A program made the translations under genes and the position numbers. From Aplysia californica (Eukaryota), in contig NW_004797286.1 of assembly GCF_000002075.1 (NCBI RefSeq), positions 826,668 to 889,337 of the forward strand: a stretch of DNA of 62,670 nucleotides, written 5' to 3'. How positions within the stretch are numbered: position 1 is the stretch's first letter; every line of letters begins with the position of its first letter. The notes under the pieces are model-generated. The model was given only the letters and a program-made list of their open reading frames with translations. It searched no databases and had not been told where the DNA came from. Below, piece by piece: positions 1-14,048 of this stretch.

Positions 1-2933
1 AAGGAGCTTGTATGTGGCCTATACCCTGCCAGGGGTGAAAGGCATTGATGATTGGCTCTTTGGGAAAGTATTTTGCTATGTGTAGTGTAGTAGTGTAAAG
101 ATGTCTACTTGAATGACACCATGACAAAAATAAGAGTATGTAAGACACGACATTCCAGCACTTGTGCGATGTAGTCCACTAAACCAAGCCATCCAGTGAT
201 TCATACGAGGGCTGTTTTGTTCATTCCAACCCAGACAACCCAAAACCATGGCAGTTTCGTGGGTTCTACATGAAACCAATAGATATGAATTTATTCCCAT
301 ATATGGGAACGCTATATTATCACATTTTTTAACCTTTCTCTACTGGGATCAGTATTCTACACAACCTGAACTGACGCCAACTGGCCGAGCAAAAACATAA
401 CGTACGTCTTTAAAGATTTAAATTGTACTTATGGGGGAGTAAAATATTTACAATAATTACAGATTATAGATCTAGTTGATGAGAGTTCTAATTTAGAGAT
501 CTGATTATCCAAGCTTGTAAAACATGTTTTCGGTAATGATAACTTATTGAAAGAAATGTGTAAAGAATGAACCTTTTTCTGTGGTGTAACTCTTCACGGT
601 TTCATAATAATCATAAATGTTGTGAGGTGGTTTCTTGTTCCACAGGATGCGATTCATTTCATTTACGTAACAGGATGCAAATAACATAATAATTCACATA
701 CATACTTGGTGCAACTTATTTGAAATTTTACTTGAGACTTGGCTCTCTGTGGCTTATGAGTTTCAAAGTAAAAAAAAAAAAAGGTACAATTTTTTCATGA
801 CATATCCCACTATCATATAATAAACTTGGGGGTTCACAATGAATGAAATACATTTCAACTCCAAGACATGAAACCTATTCTTTTCCTGTTTATTTTTCAA
901 ATCCAATGGAACAAGTAAAAAAACCCAACAATAACAAAGCATGTGGATCTTGAAAAAAATTATTTTTAACAATCTCTAAATAGGAGGAGTTAAGAGAAAC
1001 TACAACACCTAAGAACTTAGAAGGCTAGTACTAGTTCAATAGTTGTACGTTGTATACATTACATATATTGAAACTTTTTGTTTGCACGCTATTGTTAGAG
1101 TTGGAATGAGCAGCAAAATGAATGGATTTCATGATTTTTCTCCACTGCAATGAAGGAGAGAAGAGCAAACATTGTGAATAAATGTCTTAATACAAACAGT
1201 TTCTCAGCAAGCAATATTAAGGGACTAAGGCAACCATTAATGATTTAATTATAGATGCACCAACTATTCATGTATAGGTGCTGCTTTAGCCTAAGAGACA
1301 TGGTAGAGAACTTGGGACTCAAATATACATACAAGTATTGACTTGCTGAGCCGTTCTCAGTTGACAGTTATGACAACAATGTCAGAAGATATTCCCCCCA
1401 TTCTCAGCTTTTTAAAAAAGTTCTGCAAACTTCCTTTTTTTCCTTGCATCCTCAAAATCATTGTCTTCAATTTCAATAAAATTGGCACTATTGGAATTTG
1501 ACAAAATGTACAATAAAAAAGCAGTTCATGATGAAAAATGATATCAGTAACTTCTAGAAAGGTTTCCAATACACAGAACCCCTACCTGAGGCTATAAGGG
1601 TTAGAAAGAAAGATAGAAATAGAATCCAAGCAGCATTAAGGTGTCTTTTAAACAGAAAACTGCTCTGGGTCAAATAGACAGATAAAAGAACAAATGAAAA
1701 AATGATACACAGCGGCATATGTATGCTCTCCTAAGATTAGCAAAGGGGCGGGTCATGCAAACAGAAAACAGTGCTCTAGGCTAGGGCAAAATAGAGGCAA
1801 AGAGAAATTTAATAAGGAAGACCTTCTACTCTTAATCATATATCGAAAATGTAAAATCTAACAGTGGTCTACAACTTCATGAAATAATATAATACACCAA
1901 AATATAGACTGAGGAAGAATAAGGCCTGTTGTGGCAAGGAGAGGGACATCAACGGATCAAGGCGACCATGGTGACAGGTGATTTTACATTATTGGTGTAG
2001 ACAGAATTGTAATCAAATACAGCTTGTTTAGTTTTATATGCCAGCAGTATTCATCTACCCATGAAAGGCTATCTGTAGTAAGAAGCAACAGTGATTCAAT
2101 TTGTTCAAGTTTAACAAAAGTTGGTGCGACACAAGAATACATATCATCATACACTACTCAGTAAACCTAGATAGGAAAATATAACTTTTTCTTTAATTTC
2201 ATCTGAGAGATCAGTTAGATGACTCATACAACAGCAAATGACAGAATGCTCTGTGTGGCTAAATTATAGACGAAATTCACCATGTGATGTAACATTTTCC
2301 ATCAGATAATTGTATCAACACTTTCAAGTCAAGATTCCTCTAATACATCATGTGCACAATCCTGCTACTGATTTTAATGTTTCAATTCATGTATACCAAA
2401 GCACAGGGGCTTACACAAAATATTCATACAGGTAGTGAATTAATTCGCTATTAAATTTTTCAGTGTGAAGCTAAATCATTAAGTATGGCACTGCAGATAA
2501 CATACTCAAAATCACATGCATATTAGATATATCTTATCATCACAACATGACTAGAAAGAAAATACAAGTAAATGTGTCTTTGCCATCACAAAAAAAGTGA
2601 GAAAGCTCCGAATCCCTTGCTCATCCTGTAAAGAAATGTCAAATACCGGTAGAGGCCTTTACAAAGGTTTGCCAACTTCAAAACAAAACCAGGGACACCC
2701 AACATTACAACATCAGATTATGCAACAAAGAACAAAATTACATCAAGTGAGACTGGTTTAAGTGTTGTGTGTGTCATCTAATTTTTTCAAATTCCTGATC
2801 GCTTAGTCCGGGACATTCCCAGGAAATTTGGAATAGTCGGCTAACCTAGAGTTATTCTCTTTTCTTGTGACAGCAACGGCATTTCACCAGCCTTTGTATT
2901 TTTTTTCATTCTAATTATAAGCCAAAGTAATTA

Positions 2934-3728
2934 CAGTCCATGCCGGCTTTAAGTACGGTCATTGGGAGAAAGCTTAAACGTGCTTAATGCCGAAGCGTGC
3001 TTGAGTGCGAAGTACACATAATCCAGAGATTTTCATGTAGAAAATTTCTCATGCTATTTCCATTTGTTTGTCAGAAGGCCTATAGTGGTCCCGCAAAAGT
3101 GTACACTGTTATTTTTACTCGTTGTGGCATTTTTTGTTTGTTTGTTTGTTTTGTTTTTTGGTCGAAGGGGAAATGAAAACTTAAATGAGACGGCCATTCA
3201 CGATACAGAACACTTAACTAGGCCTACACACTGCCTGTGCGTACCACTGCCCTCTGTGCCACATTCATACCACCGCGTTCATCCCATCTCGCGCGTGATA
3301 CATAATCAGGATAAATGGATAGCGAGGGGCAAAGTGTCGCAAAGGTGAAATCGCAGCCAGCTTCCCTTTTTCGTCTCCTCGGCTCTCTTTGTATTTTTTG
3401 TCTGTGTGTAGCTTTGCCCTAGGCTAGATCCTATGTCCGCACGTGCGGCTGTGTGCATCTCTCTGCCTTGCTATCCGCGTGTGTGTGTGTTTCCATCACT
3501 TGCGTTCTTTGTGTTTCTCTTAACACACTGCTGCGGTGTAGACTGTGTACGAACTTTGATGGGTCATCATGAAAGTATTGACTGTCTTGTAAATGAAGCG
3601 AGCCAGAAGCGAAAGTTACCGTGCTTAAAGGCGTGTAATTTATATCGCAAAAATTCGGTGAGAGCCATTTAGCGTGCTTGAGTCCGAAACATGCTTTATG
3701 CCGGCACGCTTAAAGCCGGCACGGACTG
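2934..3728. mobile_element. Tc1/mariner-pogo type MITE, about 795 bp
   Basis: TIR CAGTCC(A/G)TGCCGGCTTTAAG at both ends; TA on both flanks. Confidence 0.85.
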
Positions 3729-4530
3729 TAAAGACCAGCTGGTAGAATCATGTATTCTAAATGTACTTTAAAAAAAAGAACTATCCAAAAAGTAAAATTT
3801 TGTTTTCAGCACCTCATCAAAAAGCCCTATTGATAGATGCACTGCCAAGACAAAAATGAAACGGGTAGCATCATATTTTTTACAACTTACTTGCCTCACA
3901 ACAGCTTGTAATTTCATGAAACGTCATCTGTGGATTGGAGTCGGTAAGATATTTAAACTAGTTTTTGGGTTTCATAAGAGCCCAAAATCATTTATGCACT
4001 ACATTAATCAACAAACTAGGAAAAGTACTGAGTAGGGTAAATGTCTTCCGCCTTGAGTCACCTTGTATGCTACAAGATAATATACAAACAGCTTAATTAA
4101 AGACCTGGACACTTTGCTTGATTTGAAGCCACTATCAGAGCACTGGGATGAGAAAAAATATTATGAGGACAAGACGAGATCGAATCTCAACCTACTGCAG
4201 GACCAAAAACAAAAAGCCCAGTTGAGAAATGGTATCATATTTCGGAAAAGAAGAAAGAAAAGTTACCCTGAGGAAAACAACCTTCATAACGAATTCTGTC
4301 TGTGTGCTAAACTAAGACCCTTTACATTCAAAACACTCCCAACAAATTTAAAAGACCCCCTATTTCATTTTCCAAATTTGATCATCTTCTCTGCGCTCAG
4401 AGTACCTCACCCAAAGTCAAGGATGTATTTGCTGTGAAAGAATCAGTAGGCTACCCAGCCAAAGACCATACCAAAAATGCAGCCGTTTCACTCAGGTTTG
4501 CAAGTAGTTATTTTTAAAATATTTTTTTTA

Positions 4531-5163
4531 TAGTAGAGGGTTTTACGGCGCTCGCAACTGCATAAGGTCAAATGAGCGCCAAGGGGTGGGTGACAACAGA
4601 GAAGCCTTTACAGGGAATCAGACTTAAACTGCTCACCTCTCTTTCTAGCTTCAACGGCACAAGGTCTGCTTCGACTATCAAGGCACCCCAAAATAGCAGG
4701 TCACAAGGGAGTGACAAACATACAAAAGAAGTAGAAAATGACAATAGTAAGATGAATCAGCCCATTTACAATTCTACTATGCTTGAACGAGATATGTTCC
4801 CCCCTTTGGGAATGGCCTAAAGACACTTCAGTCAGTGGCACTGCCCCGGGGGGGTGCAAGTAGTTAACTCTGGCACAATAGATATGATCATAACTTAATA
4901 TCAATATGAACACAGACCATTTTAACTCATGGTCAAAGTAGAAAAAAAATCAGAAATTGCCATTACTAAAGTCAACTGCTAAAATATCAACTGTGGGTGG
5001 TTGGCGGGAGCTCTGGTGTGGTTTGCTCCTTCTTTCCTATCAAACATCTATCGTCCTTATCTCCCCTTTTTCTTTTTTATGTTTGTTACTCTCTTGTAAC
5101 ACCTCTAATCTTCTGGCGCTCATATGACCTAATGCAGTTGCGAGCGCTGTAAAACCTCTACTA
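4531..5163. mobile_element. Non-autonomous DNA transposon with about 52-bp TIRs starting TAG (Academ-like); related pieces at about 6935-6983 and 37262-37673
   Basis: TAGTAGAGG(G)TTTTAC(G/A)GCGCTCGCAACTGCAT...GAGCGCCA is inverted at 4531 and 5163. The superfamily call rests on the TAG terminus only. Confidence 0.7.
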
Positions 5164-5706
5164 AAAAAAATATATATCAACTCAAAGTGTTTATACCATA
5201 ATTTATGCAAATCTAATAATTCAACAGGAGAATAAAAATAAAATGTCCAACTACAAGACTTAACTACTTCAGCAGCAAGTATGTTCAACATGTTAACATA
5301 TTTGCATCCTCAACTAAAGAAAAAACAAACAACAAGACAATAGGAAAAATAAAATAAACCCATTTTAGAGCAAGTATTCAATGCTGTATGTGACCATGTT
5401 GCAACATATTATAATCACAGTCATTACCTGAGCCCAACATACAAATCAAAGGAGTAATGCTGCATGATGAATTTAGCAAACTTCAAACAGCAGTCTCTGA
5501 AAACAGTAGAGCTCAAGGGGACAAACAAAGTTCTGATTAACATTGGAACATTCTTTCCAGTATGCTGCTATGAAAAAATTCTGTGCATATGAGGTTTTGC
5601 ATAAAAGAACAGAATTGACACAATTTCTGTATTAAGTTAATTAAGGCTGTAAATGAGAGACGTACACAATGCCATAATAATCACCTGGATAATATACTAT
5701 ATAATA

Positions 5707-6576
5707 TAGTGGAACTTGGATTCAACGAAGTCGTCAGGCCTGACCTTCAATTTCGCTGAATCCGAGTGCTCATTATACTATATAGCAAACATGAGGTTTT
5801 TGGGGAGATAATTTTACAGCCACCTTTCGTTTCTTTGATGTCATACTGAAGAAATGGTGGACAATTCCAGGTAAATACACTAAACTCTACAATACACATA
5901 CTGTACAAAAGGGACGACTCGTTCAAACGCACGTTTATGTCATCTATCATCTTTAAATGTATCGTTTGCCAAACAAATTATGTTGCTGTGTAGAGCCTAG
6001 CATATGGCAACTTTTGATTCCACAGTCCAGCGAGCAATTCATTATGTAGATCTGTGTCAACACTAGCTAATCATTGTAATGTTGATCAGTAGCCGGGGAA
6101 AAAAACCTGACGTGTTTACATAGGCCTTTACCCAAGTTCCATGCTCGGACCGTCGCCCCCCTCTCAGACACACGCATACATGATGTGCTGGCCTCTCATC
6201 TGACCCAGACACACGCTAATACATGTATGCCTGCTAACATATGTTTAGGTGTGCAAGAAGGTCGCTGATTGGTCGCACTAGATATATATATAACAAATAA
6301 TAGGCTATGGGAATAACGGTTCATGATGCAGACGCCACGGCTGGTTTCCAGGAATAGATAAGGTTCGTTGTAGGGGAAAATGAGCGAAGCCACGTCAGCA
6401 GGGGCGGTTCATCCTGCAAGCAACTTAGTTGAATCTGAGCTGGCTTATATTTGTATGTTAGTTGAATCCGAGCTATTTATATCGATTTTAATTCATAGAA
6501 AAAAATGAGGGATCCACCTCCTTTCGATGATCCAAGTTTTCGTTGAATCTGAGTTAATTGAATCTGAGTTCCATTG
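5707..6576. mobile_element. pogo/Tigger-like MITE, about 870 bp
   Basis: Imperfect TIRs TAGTGGAACTTGGATTCAAC and (reverse complement) CAATGGAACTCAGATTCAAT, TA flanks, repeated GTTGAATC(C/T)GAG subterminal motif. Confidence 0.75.
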
Positions 6577-7105
6577 TATATTTAGAGTCTGAAAGTAAAT
6601 TTTAATCAGGTCCATAGAGTGACTTTCACAGCAAGAAACAACAGTTACTGGTTGGCCCGAATTCAATTCACAACCGGGTTGAGAAGTAAAATCATACACC
6701 ATGACTTTCCCAGAGACATATATCTCTGAAAGGAATCAAGCCTATAATAGCCTATAAAAATACAATGGGTCTATGAGAATCAACAAGACAATGCACATTT
6801 CTGTGCGAACAAATAAAACAAAACAAAAAAAGCAAGAAGTAACATCAAAAGGAGATAAATTCATTTTTTCAAAACTATCCCGCCATCAAAACACACTCCG
6901 TTATATGAATCATAATTTAAACCAATCAATTTTGGTGCTCACATGACCTTATGCCGTTGCTAGCGCCGTAAAACCTCTGCTAAAACAAACAAAAACCAGT
7001 CTATTTGTACTACATTAGGTACCACACACAAGGAAATCGAGAAGTTCAAGTTGGAAAAAAAAGTAAGAAAAAAACCCTGAACTACAAGATTTCAAAAGAT
7101 ACACA

Positions 7106-7424
7106 NNNNNNNNNNNNNNNNNNNNNNNNNNNNNNNNNNNNNNNNNNNNNNNNNNNNNNNNNNNNNNNNNNNNNNNNNNNNNNNNNNNNNNNNNNNNNNN
7201 NNNNNNNNNNNNNNNNNNNNNNNNNNNNNNNNNNNNNNNNNNNNNNNNNNNNNNNNNNNNNNNNNNNNNNNNNNNNNNNNNNNNNNNNNNNNNNNNNNNN
7301 NNNNNNNNNNNNNNNNNNNNNNNNNNNNNNNNNNNNNNNNNNNNNNNNNNNNNNNNNNNNNNNNNNNNNNNNNNNNNNNNNNNNNNNNNNNNNNNNNNNN
7401 NNNNNNNNNNNNNNNNNNNNNNNN
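7106..7424. other. Assembly gap; other gaps at 14651-14822, 23933-24094, 60253-60392, 60439-60583
   Basis: Runs of N. Confidence 1.
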
Positions 7425-8075
7425 ATTCTTCTTGATCTGGGTAGTAATATCAATAACCAGGATACTGTACAAAATAAATAGAGGAGAAAGAGGTGTAGCA
7501 AAACAAAAGTGAGCAAACAGCACCAAAGAACACATGAACGGTAAAGGGATACGAATCAAGAAACGATATATTGCAATACTGGCGACCATCCTCTTGTGCA
7601 AATATAAATAACAGGAAGTTCATTTATCTATGTTCTACAACAACATTGCAAGAACTCTTCATTAGCTCAGGGTTTAGAATTATATCACTATAGCATACAG
7701 AGTCATAAAAAGCACCAATCTAGAATAAAAAATAGGATCACGATAATTTTCATGATGAACATCCACAGTAAATAATAGTGAACACTTTTTTCAATATTAA
7801 ATTTCGACCATGTTTGTATCAGCATGAAAACTTGAACATCAGAAAAAAATAAATAAAAAGAAAACTAAATAAGATGAAAAAAACATGAAAAAAAAGCTGA
7901 ACACAATCTCACAAAAGAGCAGCAACAGTTACAATTACAAAGAAAAATATAAGTTCCCAGTCTGTAGTTAGCCAAGGCACTTTGAAAAAGGAAATCGTTG
8001 TGTAGTCATAATGTAAGGATGCCGTAAACAAAATTTGCATAAAAATAATAAATTTCAACAGATTGCCTTTTATTA

Positions 8076-8196
8076 TCACCACAAAGTCCAGGGAGGGCGC
8101 TTGTTTTCATGGAATGGCTTTCCTGTTAAATTCAAAGGAATGGTGATAATAGCACGGTCTGTTCCCATATAGCTTAGACGTTGCCGGATCATTAAT
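8076..8196 (-). CDS. PRADC1: PRADC1 last coding exon
   Basis: LMIRQRLSYMGTDRAIITIPLNLTGKPFHENKRPPWTLW then TGA. Confidence 0.93.
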
Positions 8197-11100
8197 CTGA
8201 AAAAGAGAAAAGAGGTATTTATCATAAATGATCCATTCATTCAACAATGAGCTGGGATGAGACCACACAAATATATTAATAGTAAAAGTTGAGATACATA
8301 AATAACCATTTTAATCCGTGACAAAAAGAACCAGTTTATTACAAAAACTAGAAAGAGCATACACACATATCAAAATCTTTAGTGTTGGGAAAAAGAAAAA
8401 GAGCCAAGATCATGAAATGATAAAGGGAAATAAACGAACATAAACCTACCAGTGGCATCCAGTCTGAAGCCAACAACTGAACATCCTGACGTCCTATAAA
8501 TGTCACATATGCTTTTAACTGTAAACAGCGTGTGGGAAGCAAGTACTGAATTGAGCTTTAAATTAACCTCAACCTCAGCTCCTGTTCCTCGGGTGTTGAT
8601 CAGACCTCTTACATAAATTCTGTATTTCATGGACTCTTGACACTTTTCACATTAATGCATGTTCAGTTTAGAAATGTACCCGTAACAGACAGAGCTTGCT
8701 GCAGAGCAGGACTTTTTGTAATCTATACAAATGCTATCTGTTATATATAATTTGTCTCTCTTATTTCAGTGTAACAGTACTGAATAAGCTGGTAATTGAA
8801 ATGCATAAAAATCAAACAAAACAAGACCTGTCAAAGACGACCACCCATTGGTGAGGAGAAAAGTGGTCAAATAAGACAGGTGGTCCTCTTGAACAGTGTC
8901 ATTATGATATAGATAAAACACACGAGGGCAAATGGAAAGTTGTTCGTAACGGTGATTGTCTTGGACAGGTGGTCGTTAGAGCAAATTTGATTGTATATTA
9001 ATTGACATTAAAGATCAAAACAAAAATACACCAATAAATGTACTGATAAAATAAACATAGAAAATATCAGAGTGTTTTACCCATCTTTGCCCATGAGGAA
9101 AGATGAAGGAATGCTGGTGGATCGCTCAGTGCTATCATCTATCATGTCAATCATGTTGCCGTCATTTGTCTCATCGTTGTCTGCTATGATGACAGCAATA
9201 GCACCTGCCCTCTCTGCTACTTTTGTTTTTGTTAGAAAGGAACATTCACTGAAAGAAATAAAAGTTGACATTTTAAGATGAGTTTTTAAACTGGAAAAGA
9301 TAAAAACGTAATTAAAATTTTTTGTTATGACAAATTCATGGTAATTAAAAAATAAAAAATACAAGTCCTGCAAAGTGAGATGTTCTATAAGTCAAATGAC
9401 TAAATCTAAAGGTAAATATTCACTAGCTATGTGTACAACAGAATTTTTCTTTTACATCACTTCTTTCAAAGTGTTAATTGGAACTTTAAGCCCAAGTCTT
9501 ATCCCGCGCGGCAGCGAACTTCAAAGGTATTTTGCATCACAGTTTGCCTCTCTAATTCTGACGTGCGTGTGTGCGTGTGCGTTGGGGGTGGATGTGGGCG
9601 ACATTGATCGTCATATGAGACGCAAGACTTACAGTCTGTGACGTCATCCCCTCATCCCCTGATGCCACTCCCAGTACAGGTACTGGTAATTCTCAGCACT
9701 GGGTGAGTCGACACTGGGTTTCGCCAGTACCGCTTAGCACTAGTGAACAGTAGGTAAATACATATTTTGTATTTTGTAGAAGAATAAAAACATGAAATTA
9801 AAATAACCTACTCTTCTGCTATTTTTAGTCAACACAAAAAAAAATGGCAAAAGAACTTGCATTGGCCTCTTTTTATTTGCAAAGCCACTGAGTAAAAATT
9901 CAACAATTTGATTAACCTTAAGTTGCTACAACAATCATTTCACAAACAATCAAAGGTTTGCCTACTTTTCAGTTGTGTGTCCAGTTTTATCAAAGGTTAA
10001 TTTAAGGTTTTAAGACAATGTCTTTATTATTAGCTCATTGAGCCTTGTAGTTAACCACTCAAAGAACCAAAAGTATTATACTTTCTAGGAAAAAAACCCT
10101 GAAAAAAACTCACCCTCTGAGTATGAACACTACAACATCCTTGACATCATTATTCAACGCCTGACAACCTTCAACCGGGTCTGCAATAACCATGTCTATT
10201 TTATTGTAGACCCTATCCTGAAATTTAAAAAATATGGAAAAGAAAAGAAAGACTATCATTCTACTGGAGGGGAATAATTGCCCTCTACAGCTTCATAACA
10301 TAACATTAAAAAGTCACACCCAACCAAGTTCATTTAGTTCTGACCCCTTGGATTGAACTGATTCTCAAACGCTGACGTTGGAAGTTCTAGTCTTGTGAAT
10401 AAAAAGGTGGAACACAAGCAGTCTTTCTTTTTATTAGGCAAAAGGAATTGAAATCTTAAGAAGACTTAATAATGCGTTCTATGTCAATTAAAAGAGGGCT
10501 CTTACACCATTGAACTTGTAGCAGCAAAGCAATCAAAAAGGCTTTTGATCAAATTGAGCAGAAGGGGCCTCTGAAAAATCTTGTACAATCGCATACAACA
10601 ACAACTGCAAAACTTTATTTTCTTCCTAAAAAAAGTCATGAGAAGAGAAATCAGCCTACAACATTTGTGTAAGATAACATATGTGTCACGACACGGCGGA
10701 ATCAGGTGCTCGTTAATTTTTGTGCATTTGGAGTGATTGGTATCACCTTAAAGCTAATTCATGTGCATTGCTTTTAATGGAAAATATATCCATTTATCCT
10801 GAATACAAGGCAATTGAAAGAGGAGGGGGTTGCCTGGTTTCAGATGTAAAATTAGCCAGAAAATGGCAGACAAAATTGAGTTACTTCCTTAGCTTGAGAG
10901 GCTGTGGAAACTAAAAAATTTACATCTTTTATGCCTTTAATCAATGTTTTATAGTAAAATCCACACAGAAATGTGTTCTTTAATGGGCATGAAAGGTGTT
11001 GAGCCAATAAACAAAAATTCGATAAAAATTCCCAAACCTGCGGAAAAATGCCAGTTTCTTGACTTTCATTATTTTGACGAGCGTCTGATTTCACCACGCT

Positions 11101-13130
11101 GCCTCACATATACAGGTAAACATGCTCTAATCTAGCATCTGCGTTTGTTGCAATTTTTTAGTCCAAAAGTTGCCACAAAAATGGCAAAAGTTGCCATTAA
11201 TGTTGAAGCTTTCAACTCTCTGTGACAACGTATAATAATAATAATAATAATATAGAAATAGAGTTAACTTAATCTAAACACCAGAATTTTTTGTGCTCTG
11301 TTTAAAACATGATCCAGAATATCATCCGTAGCCACACAGAGTGATTAAATCAAAATTAGAACGGCACACATACAACCACAAAAATTAACAAGGGCGCGTG
11401 TCAACCAATCCGAAGATTGGCCGTTTTAATCCTAAAAGCGTGTAATTCAAGACAAAGTACAAGAAACATTACATGTAAACTATGGAATCACACACAAGGG
11501 ACCTGCCAGCGTCAGCAATCAGTTTTGGTGGATACACACTCCAACATAAACACATTTATAATTTCTAAAAAAACGTAGGAACAGCATCAAATTAAAGACA
11601 TTTACGCTACATAAACACAAAAAATAGAAAAACAACGTATCAGAACAATAACAAGAAAAACAATTAGCACACCAACAAATTAAAACACAACAAAGAGGGA
11701 AAAAAAAAAAAAAAAAACCCCCAGCATTATAAATAGTATGTCATGTACTAATATACTTCACATAAAAATAATTTAACAAATCAATGTGGGGTCAACAAGT
11801 GAGAAAGAGACGAAGTGAAGTGGTAAAGAGGTTCAGTTTCTTTTTGTTGTTGTTGTTCGATTTTTACTCCCCGTTTTCTTTTCGATTTTTTATTCCCCGG
11901 CAGTGTTTTTTTGTTATTGTTTTTACTTTGAAAAATGCTAAAATCGCGGCCGCAATTCGCGGACCAAAAAATGCCAAAAATCGCAGTCGCGATTCGCGGA
12001 TCACGGCCGCAACAAATGCAGATGCTAGTCTTATGTCCACCTGTCCAAGACAATGAGTGAATTACTTGAATAAACAACTGCTTCCTACTCCCTTCCTTGC
12101 ATTTTTTAAATATATATGCTATAATGACACTATAAAAGGACCATCTGTTTAAGACGAACTTTTCTTCGCGACCGTAGGTGGTAGTTATCTTGGACAACTT
12201 CGACTGTATAATATGAATAAGCTTTTCCAACGATTCTTTCACTGGTATCTCTATTTTTGCATCTTTGAAGAGTATGAAGATGTAAACAAGAGGGAAAAAT
12301 AATTAAACACCCTGAATGAACAATTCTGATCAGCAAATGGCTCATCTATCTAGAAATTGCACATAAGACTCTCTTTCAATCATGAGAAAGTTTGTCTCAT
12401 ATTTTCACTCGAATCAAATTTTTCCTTCAGACTGATGTAATAATACTTTATAAACCATAAACTTTAGGCACATCAAGCAGTGACTTTGTCAGTATTAAGT
12501 ACAATGTTGATCTTTAGAACCTAAGACCTATTGGATGGCTCTCTAATAATTATTTGAATAAAGCAGACTTGAAATTTTCTGTTACATCCAAAACAGCTAG
12601 TGTGTGCAACATAATCATGCCTACTAACAACTGCGAAGAAGAAGACAACAACCCCCCTAACATTGTCGTCAACATACAAAGTTGGTTCCAAAATCCTTGG
12701 CTTGTCTTATTTGGTAAGTGTACATCAAGGATTCAGGCCACAAAATTTCGAAAAAAAGAGAGTCCTCAACCAAGACAATCTCATCTGGCACTGTGCTAAT
12801 GTCCAATGATGAAACTGAAAAAGACAAAAAAAAACGAAAATTCATATTTTTAAGCCAGGATGTAATCAAGCATATATATAATATATAAACTGAAATGCAA
12901 AATTCACATTTTCCTCAACACCTTTCTTACCTCATTTAAAATCGAACTACATTGTAAGCCTTGTAAAAGTAAGCCTATAACTATAAGGGCAGACTAAAAA
13001 GGGTATAAAAATACAGACAATAATACTATTTGCTACAAAACATACCCCTGGAAACTGATGCATGGCTTCTAAGACAGATGTTTCCAAGGAATAACCAACC
13101 TAATAATTTATACAAGTTTTTGTCAGACAT
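8076..13130 (-). CDS. PRADC1: PRADC1 (protease-associated domain-containing protein 1), 204 aa; complement(join(8076..8196,9081..9248,10114..10217,12678..12814,13046..13130))
   Basis: Exons join in phase at GT-AG sites to give MSDKNLYKLLGWLFLGNICLRSHA (signal-peptide-like)...FFEILWPESLMYTYQIRQAKDFGTNF-DRVYNKIDMVIADPVEGC...VFILRG-ECSFLTKTKVAERAGAIAVIIAD...IPSSFLMGKDG-LMIR...KRPPWTLW*. The PA-domain RGxCSF motif and the PPWTxW C-terminus match vertebrate PRADC1 as I recall it. Confidence 0.93.
9081..9248 (-). CDS. PRADC1: PRADC1 coding exon 4 (PA domain core)
   Basis: ECSFLTKTKVAERAGAIAVIIADNDE...IPSSFLMGKDG; canonical splice sites. Confidence 0.93.
10114..10217 (-). CDS. PRADC1: PRADC1 coding exon 3
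   Basis: tttcag acceptor, GG|gtgagt donor; DRVYNKIDMVIADPVEGCQALNNDVKDVVVFILRG. Confidence 0.9.
10679..11111 (+). mobile_element. About 430-bp MITE family with ATATGTG...CACATAT ends; other copies near 23026-23730 (two fused), 25889-26281 (inverted), 30176-30561, 37908-38345, 49681-50125, 56414-56600 (partial)
   Basis: About 38-bp imperfect TIRs (TGTGTCACGAC..GGAATCAGGTGCTCGTCAA / TTGACGAGCGCCTGATTTCACC..GCCTCACA) and a shared internal sequence across 7 loci. Confidence 0.85.
11133..12027. mobile_element. hAT-like non-autonomous element inserted in a small pogo-type MITE (11113-12207)
   Basis: 19-bp TIR TAGCATCTGC(G/A)TTTGTTGC; degenerate 8-bp flanks ctctaatc/gtcttatg (5 of 8 match). Confidence 0.7.
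12678..12814 (-). CDS. PRADC1: PRADC1 coding exon 2
   Basis: tttttcag acceptor, TTT|gtatgt donor; encodes ...FFEILWPESLMYTYQIRQAKDFGTNF. Confidence 0.9.
13046..13130 (-). CDS. PRADC1: PRADC1 coding exon 1 (signal peptide)
   Basis: ATG lies 2 nt after a tttcag acceptor; MSDKNLYKLLGWLFLGNICLRSHASVSR; phase-1 G|gtatg donor fits the next exon. Confidence 0.7.
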
Positions 13131-13966
13131 TGCTGAAACATGGACTCAAGGAAATTGATTGTCTCTTTCTCTCTCTCTCACTCTCTCTCTCACACACAAT
13201 ATTTAATTTCACTTGTAGCATCAGGTACCCCAGTCTTCTTAAATTTCTCCTATGCAAAAATGATCAATATTTTGTTCACACAGTTCAAGAAAAATAAAAA
13301 GCTTTAATTAGTCTCTAGCAATAAACTCCAAGTGCTCAACAATTTTTGACATGTGCGTAAGACATGATGTGTCTTAGTGTGTGTACTAGGGTAGAGAGAG
13401 ATGAGGCGGGTGGCTGTTAGTGCACGTGTCAGGGTGGGGTGACGGGGGGGAGTTGTTGGGGGTGGGGTGTGGGCACAAGCGTTTCGGGCATGGAAAGTTG
13501 ACAGAAAAACAGATTCACAGTCATAAAAATCATATTGAGCAGTGGCCTTTGGGAATAGATTTTGCTGTATGCTAGGTGCTACAACGTTCAACGTGACAAT
13601 AGTGTGCAGTGCATTACTCGTTATTCACTGCTCACGAGCACTCGAAGCAATTTTCAATATAGTTACTCGAGCGCTCGAGCCAAGGAATGCTACTAAATAG
13701 GGTGTAAACTATGCTCTCTCTAGTCATGGGGCACTACTCATAGGGAAAGCAGAGCGTCAAGGGAGGCAATAGTGTCAACTACATGTATATAATGCGATTA
13801 AACGTAAAACGATGCAAACTATTTTTAGGTAAGGCAGCCATCTTGTTTGACGTCATACAGGATATCCCTCCGATCACATGACTACATTTAAATATAGCCA
13901 ACCGCACGGCACTAAAGATGGAAGTGTCTATGTATATCAAGCTTAATCTACCTCTCGCTGTCGGAA

Positions 13967-14048
13967 GTTCTGATGGCCGAATAGACAGTGCGTCTGCATT
14001 TGAAGTAATGCAATGACTTTATGAGCGGTTCGATCCCGGTCCCGGAAT
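13967..14048 (+). pseudogene. Degenerate tRNA-like sequence (pseudo-tRNA or SINE head)
   Basis: A-box-like TGGCCGAATAG, B-box GGTTCGATCCC, central TGCATT-TGAAGT-AATGCA hairpin and a following T-run. Acceptor and T stems are imperfect. Confidence 0.45.

Noticed and set aside
7005-7601. Long ORFs spanning N runs (also near 14.6, 23.9 and 60.1-60.6 kb)
   Set aside because: They are artefacts of reading through assembly gaps.
9700-9745. Hairpin plus CTAGT as a Helitron 3' end
   Set aside because: No 5' end or second copy could be identified.
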